Positions 11,845 through 27,153 are shown, counted from the first letter of the stretch. The stretch is DNA of 64,000 bases from Parasitella parasitica NRRL 2501 (GCA_025201805.1 MU619325.1:62001-126000); one strand, 5' to 3'. Notes: a model not told the origin generated them from the letters alone. Program-made: numbers and translations.

Positions 11845-14800
11845 CTATTTTGCTGCAGAGGATTTTACTCTGGTAGATCGTTTGGGCAGTGTAACAGTTT
11901 CTTCCTGAGGATTTGCTTCTTTGACGAGAGCCTATAAGAACAATAATGTGAGCACAAGATTTTTTGACATTTACAAAGAAAAATCCTACAGCTGCCCGTT
12001 TCTTGAAAGATTCAAAAATATTTGGTTGTTGTTTCAACAATTCGGCCTTTAGTTTCTGTTCTCTAAACCCCTTTGGATTTAGCCAAGTCAGTAGCTGCTC
12101 AATCTCTTCGGGCTCAGAGTAATATTTCCACCAACCGCGATAATCACTTGGATGCGGCATAGACAATTCACTCATACGCTTATCAAGCCATTTGCTTTCT
12201 TCCACAAAACCTTGCTCTTGCATTAGCTTTATGATAAACCAGCGACCACCACCGTACCCCCAAGCGCGATCAGTAAAATTGCCTGTGTCAAAGTCTCTCT
12301 CCATCATCATTTGAATATCAATGTCTGTAGGACTACTGACGTACAGTCTACCAGTGCCATATGTATCCGATACACCCACATTATCCAAATAAATATAACG
12401 ATTGTTGAAACGGTCTTTGCCTAGAGGACGAATTCGCAATGTCATATAACGTCTCATATTCTTCTCTAAATGATCCTCCTAGAAAGAGGTCAGTATATAC
12501 TAGAATAAGATATTTTACAACTACCTTTCTCTTGATGGTCCTTTCATCCTCTTCCAATTTTCTTCTTTCGTTCATTTTGGTGCGATGCTCCTGGTTTTTA
12601 ACTTTTGCTATCTGACGCTGTTCGGCATATTGTTTCTTACGCTGAATCTCCCTTTCTTCTCGTTCACGTTGTTTTTGTTTGAGCTTTTCTTGTCGCGACA
12701 TTTGTTTACGTTTACGGCTTGCTAACCGAGTTTCAGAGCTATTCAATAAGTTAGTCCCGGTACGTACTGTGGGCGGAGTCATATTTACGAATCGCTTTCT
12801 ATTTCAGAATCTTCATTGGAATTATCGCTATCTTCAGATGCTGATCCCTCTTCTTCGTTTTCATTATTATCATCCTCCTCCCCTGATTTTTCAGTCTTAT
12901 CACGCTTGTCCATTTCAATTCGCCTTGCAGCCCTGAGTACCTTATTAAAAAATCAAAATCACAATGCGAATCCTCTTTTACTTACAATGCCTTTGATTCC
13001 TTGTTCAGCTCCACCTTGTGTTTTCGGAACTCTGTTAACTGATCTTGACAATAGTCCATGTAATTTCTATAAACTATGATATCAGCATTTATCCCATCAC
13101 TAAATTACTGAAATTTACTTGATCACTGTAGATTCATTGACAACGTTGACAAGAAACTCCAAGATGTCCAGCTTTTGCTTGACAGCCAATGTGGGATACT
13201 GCTTCTCTCTGTCTGCCGCCGATGAATTCAGTTTAGGATTTAAATGACGCAGGAGCTCGTCGATGTTTGGGAGCAGTTCAGGTGTAGCAATGTCATTTAT
13301 ACATCCAATTAAGGTTGTTTCCCATCCACGACGATCATAGTTTGCCCGCAATTCTTTGTTGTCCCATTTCTGAGCAAACCGTAAATGATCTTTGTCTCGC
13401 CATCCTCTTTCAATCTTTGGTAAAAGAGCTGATTCTGGCTTCAACTTGGAACCTCCTTGCTTAATGTTGTCATCACTCTCTTCGTCGCTCTCGTCGTCAC
13501 TTTTCTCTAATGACTCGAGGTAATTCTCTAAAGCATCTCCATTGATAATTTCGTTGGATGTGTTGTCCTTACGCTCTTTAATAATGACATTGAGCAAACA
13601 GGCATTGTATTCGACTAGTACGGCTGCTTTCGGTTGATGTGTTTGATGGAATAAAGCTTTTTCAAATTCATCCACGCTGTAAGCTGTCAACTTGAGAGGC
13701 TCTGCAAACACGGTAAGGAATGCCCAAGTAGATATGAATGTGTCGAAAAGCTCAGCTGGTATAGAAGAATCATGATGGGGTATAGGGCGTCCTGATCTGC
13801 CACCGGTAGGATAAGGTATGATGCCATCCCTTGAAACGTATCTTTGAGGGGACATGTCAATCAAGGCCCAATTATTGTTGGGATCTTTGCGATAAATTGG
13901 GAGATCTAAATCTTCGACTGGGTATTTCACTGCTGCTTGCTTCTTTCTTTCTATGCGAAGCCTGTCCCGTTCCTCTTTCATTTTAGCCTTTTGAAGTAGT
14001 GTTTCCTCTCGGCGTGCTTGTTTTTCAGCTTCTTTCTCATCTGGCGTTTTGTAACTATTTGCAATTTTACGTCTTTTTGAAGGGATATCAAATACTTGGT
14101 TTTGAAATTTCTCTAGGTAGGGTGGTAATGCTGTTTCAATGCCGTACATGGTTGCAGTAGAAGGCTAAAAGACAAATGAATTTCATGTTGAAAACTTTGA
14201 CGTTTCTCCTTCTTTCTTTTTTTTTTATTTTACCTTGATTAGCCACGGTGAATAGACATAATTCTCTCTGTAGCAGCAATCACGAATGAAGCACTGTACA
14301 TTATATCTATTGAATAGTTGACCGTCTCGAATAAACGTCGGTCCCTCGACTATACGGGTCAACTTCTCCAAAGGCCTTCCATCTTCATCTAGCAATTGCA
14401 CCTCGTACCGATACTCTGTAACAAACTCTTCTCTTTCGCTGGTAGCTGGCACCGCGTCTGGTGGTGTGCTATTAAAGTGTTGTGGTGCAGGGTGTAAGAA
14501 TGCGTCAGGAAATCGTAATCTTCCATTGGCTTGTCGTGGAACATTAGCATCATCGTTTTGATTTTCTGAATTTGAATTAGCAGCATAATTGATGTTGGCA
14601 TTGGATAAAACTTGGACAGGGACTATATCAAGTATTCTGGCAATATAGCTAATGAAAAAAGATAAATGAAAAAAAGATAATACGCAGAACTACAATACGA
14701 TACATACTCGTAGTTGCTCAAATGACATCGCAGCACTTCACCTATAACGAAATGGTTGCAAAAATATGAATAGATCTGATCAACCAAATCATCAATATGC

Positions 14801-15208
14801 AGTGTTTCTATTCAATTTGTAAGTTGCAATACCAAGTAATCAAGCAAATGACTACTTACGAAATTGCACCTTGTTGAGAATGCTTTTACGTAGCACTTCA
14901 GGGAAAAGGTATTCTGCTCTATCATGCTCATTTTTTTCGCTTTCAAGTGCTTGCTCATAAGTCAGGTTTGTTCTCCCAGTTCTTTCGCATTCCCATATAG
15001 CTTGATGATATAATGTTAGTTTATTAATATACGACCTAGTTGTATGTGTGTTAACAATTGGTTTTTACATGAATTAAGTTGAAACTCACTCATAATCTTT
15101 AAAAACTTCATTCGTAGAACGAAGATACCAAACTTCCTTACTTTGACGTTTCGGATTCAATGATATATTTAATGTAGCTGGTACTCTTTTTTTGTTCAAT
15201 AATGGCAT
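11845..15208 (-). CDS. ITC1: ISWI complex subunit Itc1/ACF1-like (WAC, DDT, WHIM/WSD domains), multi-exon
   Basis: WAC: MPLLNKKR..VWYLRSTNEVFKDYE..LYHQAIWECERTGRTNLTYEQALESE. KYPVEDLDL. DDT: ISTWAFLTVFAEPLKL..SVDEFEKAL. RIRPLGKDRFNNRY. WWKYYSEPEEIEQLLTWLNPKGFREQKL. The 3' end depends on my last-exon call. Confidence 0.88.
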
Positions 15209-16493
15209 GGCTGCAGTTTATAAAAGAGTGGGGGAAAAAGGGAAAAGAGAAAAAAAAAAGTAATCGCGTATCACACATATTTTTAGTTTTTTGAAAGATT
15301 TTTTCTCGGCATCATCCAATTGATGTACGGTGCGGCTAGTAAATTTTGTCTATTGTGATGCGTTGTTCAATCAGATCAAAATTTGAACAAGGTGGACATC
15401 TCTACTGGTCAGTTAGATGTATGCAAGCATAGACCAAATAAAAAGATTCGAGTTTTGAGTGATCTTTGAGCTGGGGAAAAAGACACCAGTAGCAGGTTTT
15501 AGGATCAAGCCAATCTGAAAGTACATCATGGAAATGTAGTCGAAAAGATTAGGATGCAATGACAACAAGCTTAAACCCATCAAAATAAGGACTACAGATT
15601 ATTTTAGCAAGGTTAAGAGGGTAAAAATTTATTTCAATATACTCAAGAACAATAGTGGAGTGATCATTGATGTTGAAAAAATAGGTATAATGGTGAACTA
15701 TTAGCATGATCCATGCCTATATTATATTTGGGTTGCCAATCTTTTGGCAGAGGAAGCTGTTATAGTATGCCTGCTGTGAATTCAATTGTCAAATTTTACA
15801 TCTCTTACTTGCAAGCCTTGTAAAGTGATTTAAATAGAGACAATGAAAAATGGATGATCAGTGAAATGAAATACTAGCCATCATGATGAGAATTTTGTTC
15901 TCTGTGGTATTTGTCAATGTTAGACTTGAGAATCAGCCATAACAGTGACCAGTTAGAGCAAAATTTTGTGAATTGCGTTGATCTCAGCAACAGAAGCTTG
16001 AAAATCAGTAGCAGATGGTACCAATTCATAAAAACTTATGTTCTGAATATTACCTTTAAAATATAATGTTGAGACACAGTTGTCATGACAACAGTTCCTG
16101 ATCGGATCTAACTAAAATGTCGCCGATAATTCTATCATAAAAAAGATTAATCATGAAATATCTTGCCTAAGAAACCAACTATTTAGGTTCTGCTTATTCT
16201 GAATTACGAAACTAAGCTTATTGATATATGGTTCACATGCATAATGTTTAGCTGATCAAATATAAATAGGTCTTGCTCTGATTAATACCATGTAAAAGTC
16301 TTGTCTGGCAATTAAATGTTACTTGTGTTCATTGGTTGATTCATGTGAATTTAGTTTATATAAATAGACAAATCCTTTCAATCCATAACATCATTATTTT
16401 TGTATCTACAAAATTAATAGTCTTTGTTATTTTCTCGTTCCTGTTGATATATGAATAGAAACGCTTTTATTCCATAGCGCTGCTGAGTTGTCA

Positions 16494-17180
16494 CTAAGTT
16501 TTCCAAGTTCAACCACGCCTTTACAGTTTCTTTAGTAGAAATTATGCGGAAAAGTGTTTGAAATTATTATAGAAATCAAATCTATTTCCGCATATAACTA
16601 CAAAAAAAAATATCTTTCTTTTTTTGTCATGTAATTATCAGCCAATGCTGAATTATATTTTACAATCAAATAATTTACTCTTTAGATGAGCTATATTGAT
16701 TTCATGTATGGTTTCAAATCAAGTCTCATCATCCATGATGATGATTCACGCATCTAATTCAACCTTTAAAAACCTTCATGAACAATTCAGTCTGCTAGGG
16801 ACACCCCAATCCACGTGATTTCATATTTTACACTCCGACACCAAAAACGCGAAGGTGTTTTTGCAGATAACTTTTGATAGAGACATTGCCCAGTGGAACC
16901 CAAGTTATGTTCATATAGCGATGATCATGCCTGTTCTTATGGCGCATAAGATGGTGTTTATTTTGCTTTTTATGGAAGCCTAACATTGACTATATGCAAT
17001 CCTGATATGAAAATTTGTGATATCATCTGATAAATTTATAGATATCAATGTTTTCATGGATACCAATGTTGTTTCCAGGTAGGGCCAAGTCAATGCTAAG
17101 TTTTCCAAGTTAGATTTCGGTTCTACGGTCATTTTAGCAAAAGTTGTGAGCAAATTTGTGAAATTATGTAAAAAAAAATT
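16494..17180. repeat. Degenerate direct repeat pair anchored on an exact 16-mer CTAAGTTTTCCAAGTT (16494 and 17096)
   Basis: Exact 16-mer twice, 602 bp apart, with weaker similarity continuing for about 70 nt (TTTAG..GAAATTAT). Confidence 0.55.
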
Positions 17181-19445
17181 AGAAATTCTTTAAAATACTC
17201 GGAACCTTACTGCGAAGTTGGCATGCGAATGCCGATTTTTTAGCATTCTTCTAAACACATAAATACGTCGAATGTGTCTGTAGATTCATATTTTTCTTCT
17301 TCCTCCCTACATAGATTCAACCTGCCGATTCCAATAGATATCTTGACTACGGTGCAACTAACCCTAATGTTAGTACGACAATTAAGCCATTATTGACCAG
17401 TACTAATTGAATCGGTGAATCATCAATCAATGCTGATAAAGTAGTCAATGTATTGTATTTTGCTGTTGTGTCATGTCTTGAAAATGAGCACTTCAGCAGG
17501 TGATTGTTTATAATAAAAGAATATAGGAAAGTAATAAGGACTTAATTTACCAGATACAAGAAGCTGTCTATTTATAATAAAATATATATGTACTGTATAT
17601 GAATCAATCTATAAAATTCATGCTTGACATTTGATTGTCAAATAGGATTATACGCCGTAGTAGTCAGAGCAAATACCTATCTCCATATTTAATTAGCACG
17701 TCTGAGTGTATATCACTTGGTATTTATCATAGCATATATATCTATATATATAGTATGTCTATTGTATTACACATATTGTACAAGTCTGTAGTATCTAATG
17801 TATCTCTAGCTGGTATTATGGATATATAAGTATTTGTCTTGTAATGCGTGTTTGGAAACTGGAAATACACAGCATAACCTTATATATGGCATAAGCCCGT
17901 AGCATATACTAAATCTAGTAAATGTCTCAGGCTCGTGTCGATGTATAAGTATAAGCCTATCCTAATGGTGCCATATCTAGCCTATTTCTTATATAATATA
18001 AATCTATGTTTTATATCTTATTAACTGTGCACATATGTAGCTTATCTCAATTTAAGGTAACTGGATGAATCTAGAAGTGGAGTGTAGATTATTATAGTGA
18101 ATGTATCTCACAGTATCAAACTTTAAAGCTGTTTATATTCATTTCTTATATGAAATTGCTGTTTTTCTAGTAATAACTTTGTTTATATGGATTTTTTTGA
18201 GCTTATAAATGCATGTAAACGAACATTTGGTCAAACTGCTAATTATTTGTTTTTCTAATGTTAAAGCAATAAGATAGCAGCAGGAAAACCATTTTTTTCT
18301 CCATCATCATTTATCCACAATGAAGTTTATAATGTAACATTTAACTACCACAACGTAGCAATTTTGTAATAATTATATAAAATTAGTATTTTAAACTGTG
18401 GCTGGTTTCGACATTGTGTGATGATAAATTAATATCTCTTCACAATATGGCTTTGGATTTACTATTAATCATTTTAAGAGTGTGAGATCCGAAATTTCTA
18501 GTATATGATGAACAACAATATCATCTATTCAAGTGATAAATAGAATAGCATACAGGAGAATATTGAACAATGACGTATATAAATTCTAAATTAGTCATCC
18601 GTGTATTGCATATGGTGATGGTTATCAGAGTAAAACTCTATCAGTAGTTATAATTTTACAACTATTACAAACTCTCGCATAGTATTTTGGCGCTTTCATC
18701 TTTTGGTAGCATTATACACAGTAAATTGTCATGAAAAACAGAGTATAAATCGCATATAGCGCAGCGATCGTTCGTTGCTTTGATCAGATATTTACTTTTT
18801 TATGATAATGTTACTTTCAAGCAAAGGTTGGGCTTTAAAAATTAAGATTCAAGTTAATAAAGCTACATGACGAGCGCTCTTGCATTTCAATGTAGCGTCA
18901 AAATTATACGGTATATGATGAAAAGATATAAATGTATTTTAAAGAGAATACTCGCATATAACACAATGATGTAAATCAACAGATTATATTGTTTATAGTT
19001 GCATGCACCAATAAATGTTTCGAGTTATTTACTTGATTGTTTATGCATCTTCGCTACGTTTTATGCAGCCGTAGTATCAACGTGCAACAGCGTAATCAGG
19101 TACACTACTTTTTCATACATGCAATCTACACAAATTTCTTGGATACAACCAATATATCTTGCTCTTTTCAGCTCTTGATGACTTGATTTATAACAAAATA
19201 CTTAAGCCAAGAACATTTTGTTTGTTTTTATCTATCTAAGAGAAGATCAAATTGATCACATGTAGGACGCTGTACTACGGCGCTGGGATATCAAGCCATG
19301 CTTTACACGAAGCTCATAGGTCCATTTATTCTCATAACGTATACATATAAAGTCTCTTCGATTGATCGTGCTTCTTCTCTTTGTTTTTATTCATCTTCAT
19401 CAGGAAACTTTTTCTCCAGCAACAACTCAAATCTATAATAACAGG

Positions 19446-20043
19446 ATGACAGATATACCCAAGTATAAAGTGGTTCTTCGTGAAGGCATCGTTGAAAATG
19501 GATTTGCTGGACCTACCGTCGGGTAAGTGTGCCTGGTGTGTATTTATTTTGCGAAAAATAACATGGTCAAAAAGTCAAGCGCTTGAAATTGAGGGAGATG
19601 ATAATGGTGCCAAGATCAGTCGTTCAAGCTTGAAGCCAGAATCTACCAAAGATTACCATACTCTGTCTGGCGCTTTCTCGTACGTCATTTACATAAATTT
19701 TTATTTAGTAATGTATTAACAGGATATCAGTGAGGACCTAACTAGTATTTTCGAAATGTTAAAAGAAAAACTTCAAACATTACCACCTGACCCTGTGGGA
19801 TTTCAGGACATATATGGCCTCAAGACTTCTGTGTTCTTTGGTTTGGATGATTTCCAATGGTACAATGGTTGGTTTAGTGATTAAATGAATAATCGATATG
19901 AAACTAAAACGCTATTATTAGCTATAGCTGGGAGCTGCTCTGAAGATAAACCAGATGTTCAACTAACAGAGGAACAAAAAGAAACTTTCAAGGAAGTGGT
20001 TGACATAATTAAAGGTCTTGGTGAAAAACAAGCTCTTACTTGA
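19446..20043 (+). CDS. Conserved fungal hypothetical protein (~145 aa, 4 exons)
   Basis: Spliced: MTDIPKYKVVLREGIVENGFAGPTVG|QALEIEGDDNGAKISRSSLKPESTKDYHTLSGAFS|EDLTSIFEMLKEKLQTLPPDPVGFQDIYGLKTSVFFGLDDFQWYN|AGSCSEDKPDVQLTEEQKETFKEVVDIIKGLGEKQALT*. Three GT-AG introns keep the frame. Confidence 0.75.
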
Positions 20044-20051
20044 ATCATTTT

Positions 20052-20392
20052 TTATTTGGATTCTTCCTCAACAGCAGCTTCTTTAAGTTTTGCCAAACGT
20101 TTTCTATTTCTTTCTAATAAAACTCTCTTGACATTGGCTCTTTCTATCTCATTCATTTCAAACCAGTTGTTGATTCTACTCATAGTGCCATTTTCATTGA
20201 TAACTACATAGTGTTAGAATCAAAGAGAGCATGTTATTCAGTTATTAGTACACTCTGCTTACCGACAGGGCCCAGTTCGTTGAGTTTGTATGTATCATTG
20301 ATGTCAACCTGAACAGTTTCGTCTGCTGTAGAAGGGAGAGCAAGGACGGGTTTGATGGGAACATCAGCGGGAAAAGAAGAGGAGGAAGACAT
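20052..20392 (-). CDS. Small conserved hypothetical protein (93 aa, 2 exons)
   Basis: MSSSSSFPADVPIKPVLALPS..KLNELGPV|VINENGTMSRINNWFEMNEIERANVKRVLLERNRKRL. The LGP.V.N.dGT.SRI.NW..M...E pattern resembles a widespread small-protein family as I recall it. Confidence 0.8.
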
Positions 20393-21024
20393 GGCTAATT
20401 TTGCAATAGAATTTGATATGTATTTAAGAGGCGGCTTTGCGAGTCTTGTTTGCAGAAACATGAAAGAAGGTAGTATAAATAATTTCAATGCTACGAAAAT
20501 TCTTTCAAAAAATCGACTTGGAACACCACACGTAGCAATTTGAAGAGGAAGCTTTAGGTGTAACGGATTTCGCCTTATGCTTGAGAGTCTACACGTATTC
20601 ATAATTTACAGAAAACGGAAACGCTTCTATAGCAATTTCGATTTTGTGAATCTAATATTATCGACATTGGAATTAGTTTTGTTCACTGGAGCACTTCAAA
20701 TATATTTTTGAGGTCTGTTGCTGTAGGGAATAAGCATGGCAATCTGTTCACCACTTTTGATACCATTTATATAGTGATCGTTATAACTATACATCATTGT
20801 CACGCATAGTACTTAACAAGACCAAGCTTCACTTTTCAATACAAACAGACAGAACGATCATAACTGCTCTAAATATAAGGCAGACATCAAAACGCTTTTT
20901 CCGTATCCTTAACGAACGAGGACCCAAATACAGCAAGAAATTCGGGTGTCCAATTAACCTGGTTGGTCCTCTCAAATTTGATGATAAAGTGTGGTCTCCT
21001 TTTCTTTTTATTTATCTCACAATC

Positions 21025-22255
<1,231 letters not shown>

Positions 22256-22368
22256 AGCGATAGAATTTCACAATTAGAGAAATTATCAATAAATAAAAAA
22301 ATATACGATTTATTTTAAAATGAATGAAATGTTTGATCTAAAAATTATGCACAAAGGAAAGTATATGT

Positions 22369-23669
<1,301 letters not shown>

Positions 23670-24092
23670 TTATTGTTGTAATGAAAAAGAGGTAATTGCT
23701 TCTTCAATCGACCCTTTTATAGTTGATCTCTCTTAAGGGGCTGATTAATAATATGCAGACTGTCACGACGTGTCACATATACTTTGCATTGTATTTCTAA
23801 GCATTGAGGCCTTCTACATCAGATAAGCAATCAGAACAAAGCCTAGAAGCTCTTGGCTTGTGGGGTGCCGTGGTTAGCAGCTCATCTTTGGTATTGTCAC
23901 ATAACCTACTGATAACCAAATATATGAAGTTATGAGAGAAAGCCCTGAAAAGTCGATATAAAGCTTTCTCATTCCAGCGGGTTGGTTTCTGTTTCCTGCT
24001 CGATAAGGCTTTATCGGATGATCTCCATGATGTTGAAGCAGATTTTACAGTCTTGATTGAGAAAATTTAATTTTGCTTGTTTAATCCTATTG

Positions 24093-24219
24093 CACATTTC
24101 ATATAAATGTTGTGTCTTGACGTAAATGAGCTTCGGCTAAATGTTTACAAATCTTGGTTGACACATTTCATGTAAATGTTGTGCCTTGACCTAAATGAGC
24201 TTCGGCTAAATGTTTACAA
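24093..24219. repeat. Tandem duplication of a 58-bp unit (24093-24150 and 24162-24219)
   Basis: CACATTTCAT(A/G)TAAATGTTGTG(T/C)CTTGAC(G/C)TAAATGAGCTTCGGCTAAATGTTTACAA twice, with 3 mismatches and an 11-nt spacer. Confidence 0.95.
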
Positions 24220-24925
24220 TCATTCAAGTATACAAATACAGGACGTGTTTCATTCCCCCTCCCCTTGTTTGCAAGCTTATGACAGTCTTTTCTTGATCTC
24301 ATCGAGCACGCTGCAGTACCTACGTGATCATGGCAGAATTAAGTTACTGTATCTGGTTTACAGGATATCGTCTAATGCTTTCTAAAGTCGAGATTTCCTC
24401 TGCTCTTTCATCTGAACAGAAAAGAGCATTGGATGTATTAGCTCAACAAATTTCTTTGAATCACTTAAAAGAAGCCCGAATTCATTTTATCTTTAGACAA
24501 AAAATCTGCCGCAGATCCAGTTCCAAGCAGTGTTTTAAACTTTCCAATATATACCACATAAACCTAAGAGATGGATCATGTCCAATAGATGCTCTCAAAG
24601 CATCTGTTAAACTTCCGATGCAATGTTGCCATCATTAGGTACAATTGGTGTTAATATGAATATACTTTTCACTAACCCATCAGGCACGCTATACGATAAA
24701 TGTGGTCTAGATTTATAAGATGCCATGATATCGCAAGATACCGCCACATGCAGACCTGGAGCATGATTCATGGCAAGACACTACACCATTGCTTTGGTGG
24801 TGACTGTACAAACCAACAAGGATTGCGTCACATTCAATCTTTATTGAACAAACAAAGGGCCTCCCCTTCTGTTTTTTTTATTTCTTGACCCCACACTACT
24901 TTTTCAACGTTTCCAAAACTCAAAA

Positions 24926-25485
24926 ATGTCTATTGCCCGTGTTGCCCTTAGCTCCATCTCCTTCAAGGTAAAGATAAAATTGTTGAAGAAAAATGGGATA
25001 CATTTCTCACAACAGTAATTGAACATATGTACTAGGCTGCTGTCCCTTCCATTGCTGCTCGCAGCTTCTCTGCCGCTGCTGTTATGCAAAAAGGTGTGTA
25101 TATTACTTGGTGTGTAAAATGTAAATCATTGGGATATTAATGGGTTGTGTCTGTGCGTTTTGTTTGGGCAGACGTTGTTCAAGATTTGTTCATCAAGGAG
25201 TTGAAGGGATACAAGCCCGCACCTGTCGTAAGTTTTAAATGATACTTTGGAAACGATCATGGAGCGAAAACTGAGTACATCAATAGGCTGCTGCTGATGA
25301 GAGTGCTGTCAAGGAATTGAAGCTTCCCACTGCCCCTGCTGTAAGTCTTTTCTGACCAAATGCCGGGAGAGAAAGTTTTGAATCAGAGCACTAAATGTTT
25401 GTGAATGTAGGCTCCCCAAGTCGATGCTGATTTATCTCAACAATTAGCTGCTTACGATGCTGAGCCCGAAGAAGCTACTCAATAA
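24926..25485 (+). CDS. ATP14: Mitochondrial ATP synthase subunit h (Atp14), 5 small exons; not in the ORF track
   Basis: Spliced: presequence MSIARVALSSISFK|AAVPSIAARSFSAAAVMQK| then DVVQDLFIKELKGYKPAPV|AAADESAVKELKLPTAPA|APQVDADLSQQLAAYDAEPEEATQ*. D.VQDL..KELK.YKP is the Atp14 signature. Confidence 0.88.
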
Positions 25486-25679
25486 ACAACAAATGCGAAA
25501 TAATTGAAATCTTGAATATAAATTGAAGAGAGTATAGAAAATATATATACGGAAATATCCCTTTTTATGTAAAAGATATCGCCCTCAAGCACGAATAAAA
25601 TAAAATAAAGTGTGTGTGTATAAGTACGTACATAAACCAAGACGTGAGAAGCAGCAATTTTCACGCTCTTTTTTCTTTT

Positions 25680-27153
25680 ATGTTTACATTAAGAAATATT
25701 ATTCGGGTTGCCGTGTTAACGCCAGTTGTGGTAATTCTTCTGACTATTGGGTGGTATCAACAAGAAATTGACCATACGAAAAACTTGCCTGACAATACAA
25801 TTCCACATCCACCAGACGACACATTTATTATTGCTGGTTATTTCATCAGTTGGTATGTGATTTACTTTAGAGTCCTAGTTGTATGCTTGAACCAACACAA
25901 CAGGTAGGGGTATATACGATCGAGGCTTTAACGTTGTGGATCTACGAGCTGACAAACTATCGCACATTTTGTACGCCTTTGCCAATGTCAATGAAGATGG
26001 CAGTATTGTTCTCGGTGCACGTATTTGCAGATAGTTTTCAAAGTGGGTCTATACTAACTCGGTTTATTCGATAGGATCCCTGGGCAGACACAGACATCAA
26101 ATTTTCAAAAGGTTTGTTAGTTTCAGCATCGATGACACATGTAACAAACAGAAATTATCATTAGATAAGACGGTCGATGGAGTTGTAGATTTTTGGAAGG
26201 AAAATGACAATGATTTACACGGTAATTTCAAACAGCTCGCACTGCTTAAGCAAAAGAACAGACACCTCAAAGTATCGCTTAGTGTCGGGGGCTCCAAATT
26301 TTCTTCCTTTACTGCAACATCCGAAATTCGATTGAGGTTTATAAAAACAGCAATGCAGCTTTTGCAAGATTTGGGTCTCGATGGTATTGACATTGATTGG
26401 GAATTTCCCAAGGACTCTACAGACGCAGAGAACTATGTCTTGCTAGTGAAAGAAATGCGAACTGCTTTGGATGAGTATCAGCTTGACCATGATCCCACCG
26501 ACCAAAAGTTTTTGCTATCAGTTGCAATGCCCTGTGGACCTGAGAATTACCGTATACTGAAGCTGAGAGAAATGGCACGCTACGTGGATATCTTTTATTT
26601 GATGGCATACGATTTGGCAGGCGAATGGGACCAGGAGATAGGACATCAGTCCAATCTCTATGGAGGACCACTGAATATAGACCAAGCAATAGCCTATTTC
26701 CAAAACGAAGGTGGAGTACCATCAAAGAAGATTGTCATGGGAATGCCTTTGTACGGAAGAGGGTTTTCAAATACAGATGGGAGAGTGGGATCCGGCTATA
26801 GCGGCGTGCCTGATGGCTCTTGGGAAAGGGGTTTATTTGATTACAGAGATCTTCCTAGAGAAGGAGCCGCAGAATTTATGGACAAAGATAGAGTAGCCTC
26901 GTGGTCCTACGATGCATCTAAACGGGAATTTGTGACATACGACTCACCAGCAGTAACAAGACTCAAGTGCGAGTATATCAAAAACAAACAGCTGGGAGGG
27001 GCAATGTTTTGGGAGCTGACTGCCGACAATTCGAAAGATGAATCAAGAAATCTGCTAGATATTGTATTTTCTAGCTTGGGCGACAAGCTGAACCGCATCG
27101 AAAACCACATTAGGTTTCCGTTGAGCAAGTTCAAAAACTTGATGCATAAATAA
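25680..27153 (+). CDS. GH18 chitinase with an N-terminal hydrophobic anchor or signal, multi-exon
   Basis: AGYFISW, HILYAFANV, DPWADTD, GNFKQLALLKQKNRHLK, catalytic GLDGIDIDWEFP, LMAYDLAGEW, MGMPLYGRGF, LGGAMFWEL. Confidence 0.94.

Noticed and set aside
15400-16150. Possible transposase or LINE relic
   Set aside because: The frames I translated are full of stops, and I found no convincing RT, integrase or DDE motif.
24093-24219. Repeat-spacer-repeat as a CRISPR array or hammerhead ribozyme
   Set aside because: Only two units with an 11-nt spacer in a eukaryote with no cas genes; no CUGAUGA core on either strand.
24324-24638. 104-aa ORF with LSSEQKRALDVL, reminiscent of PIF1/Helitron helicase starts
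   Set aside because: No Walker A motif follows, there are no Helitron ends, and the match is too short.
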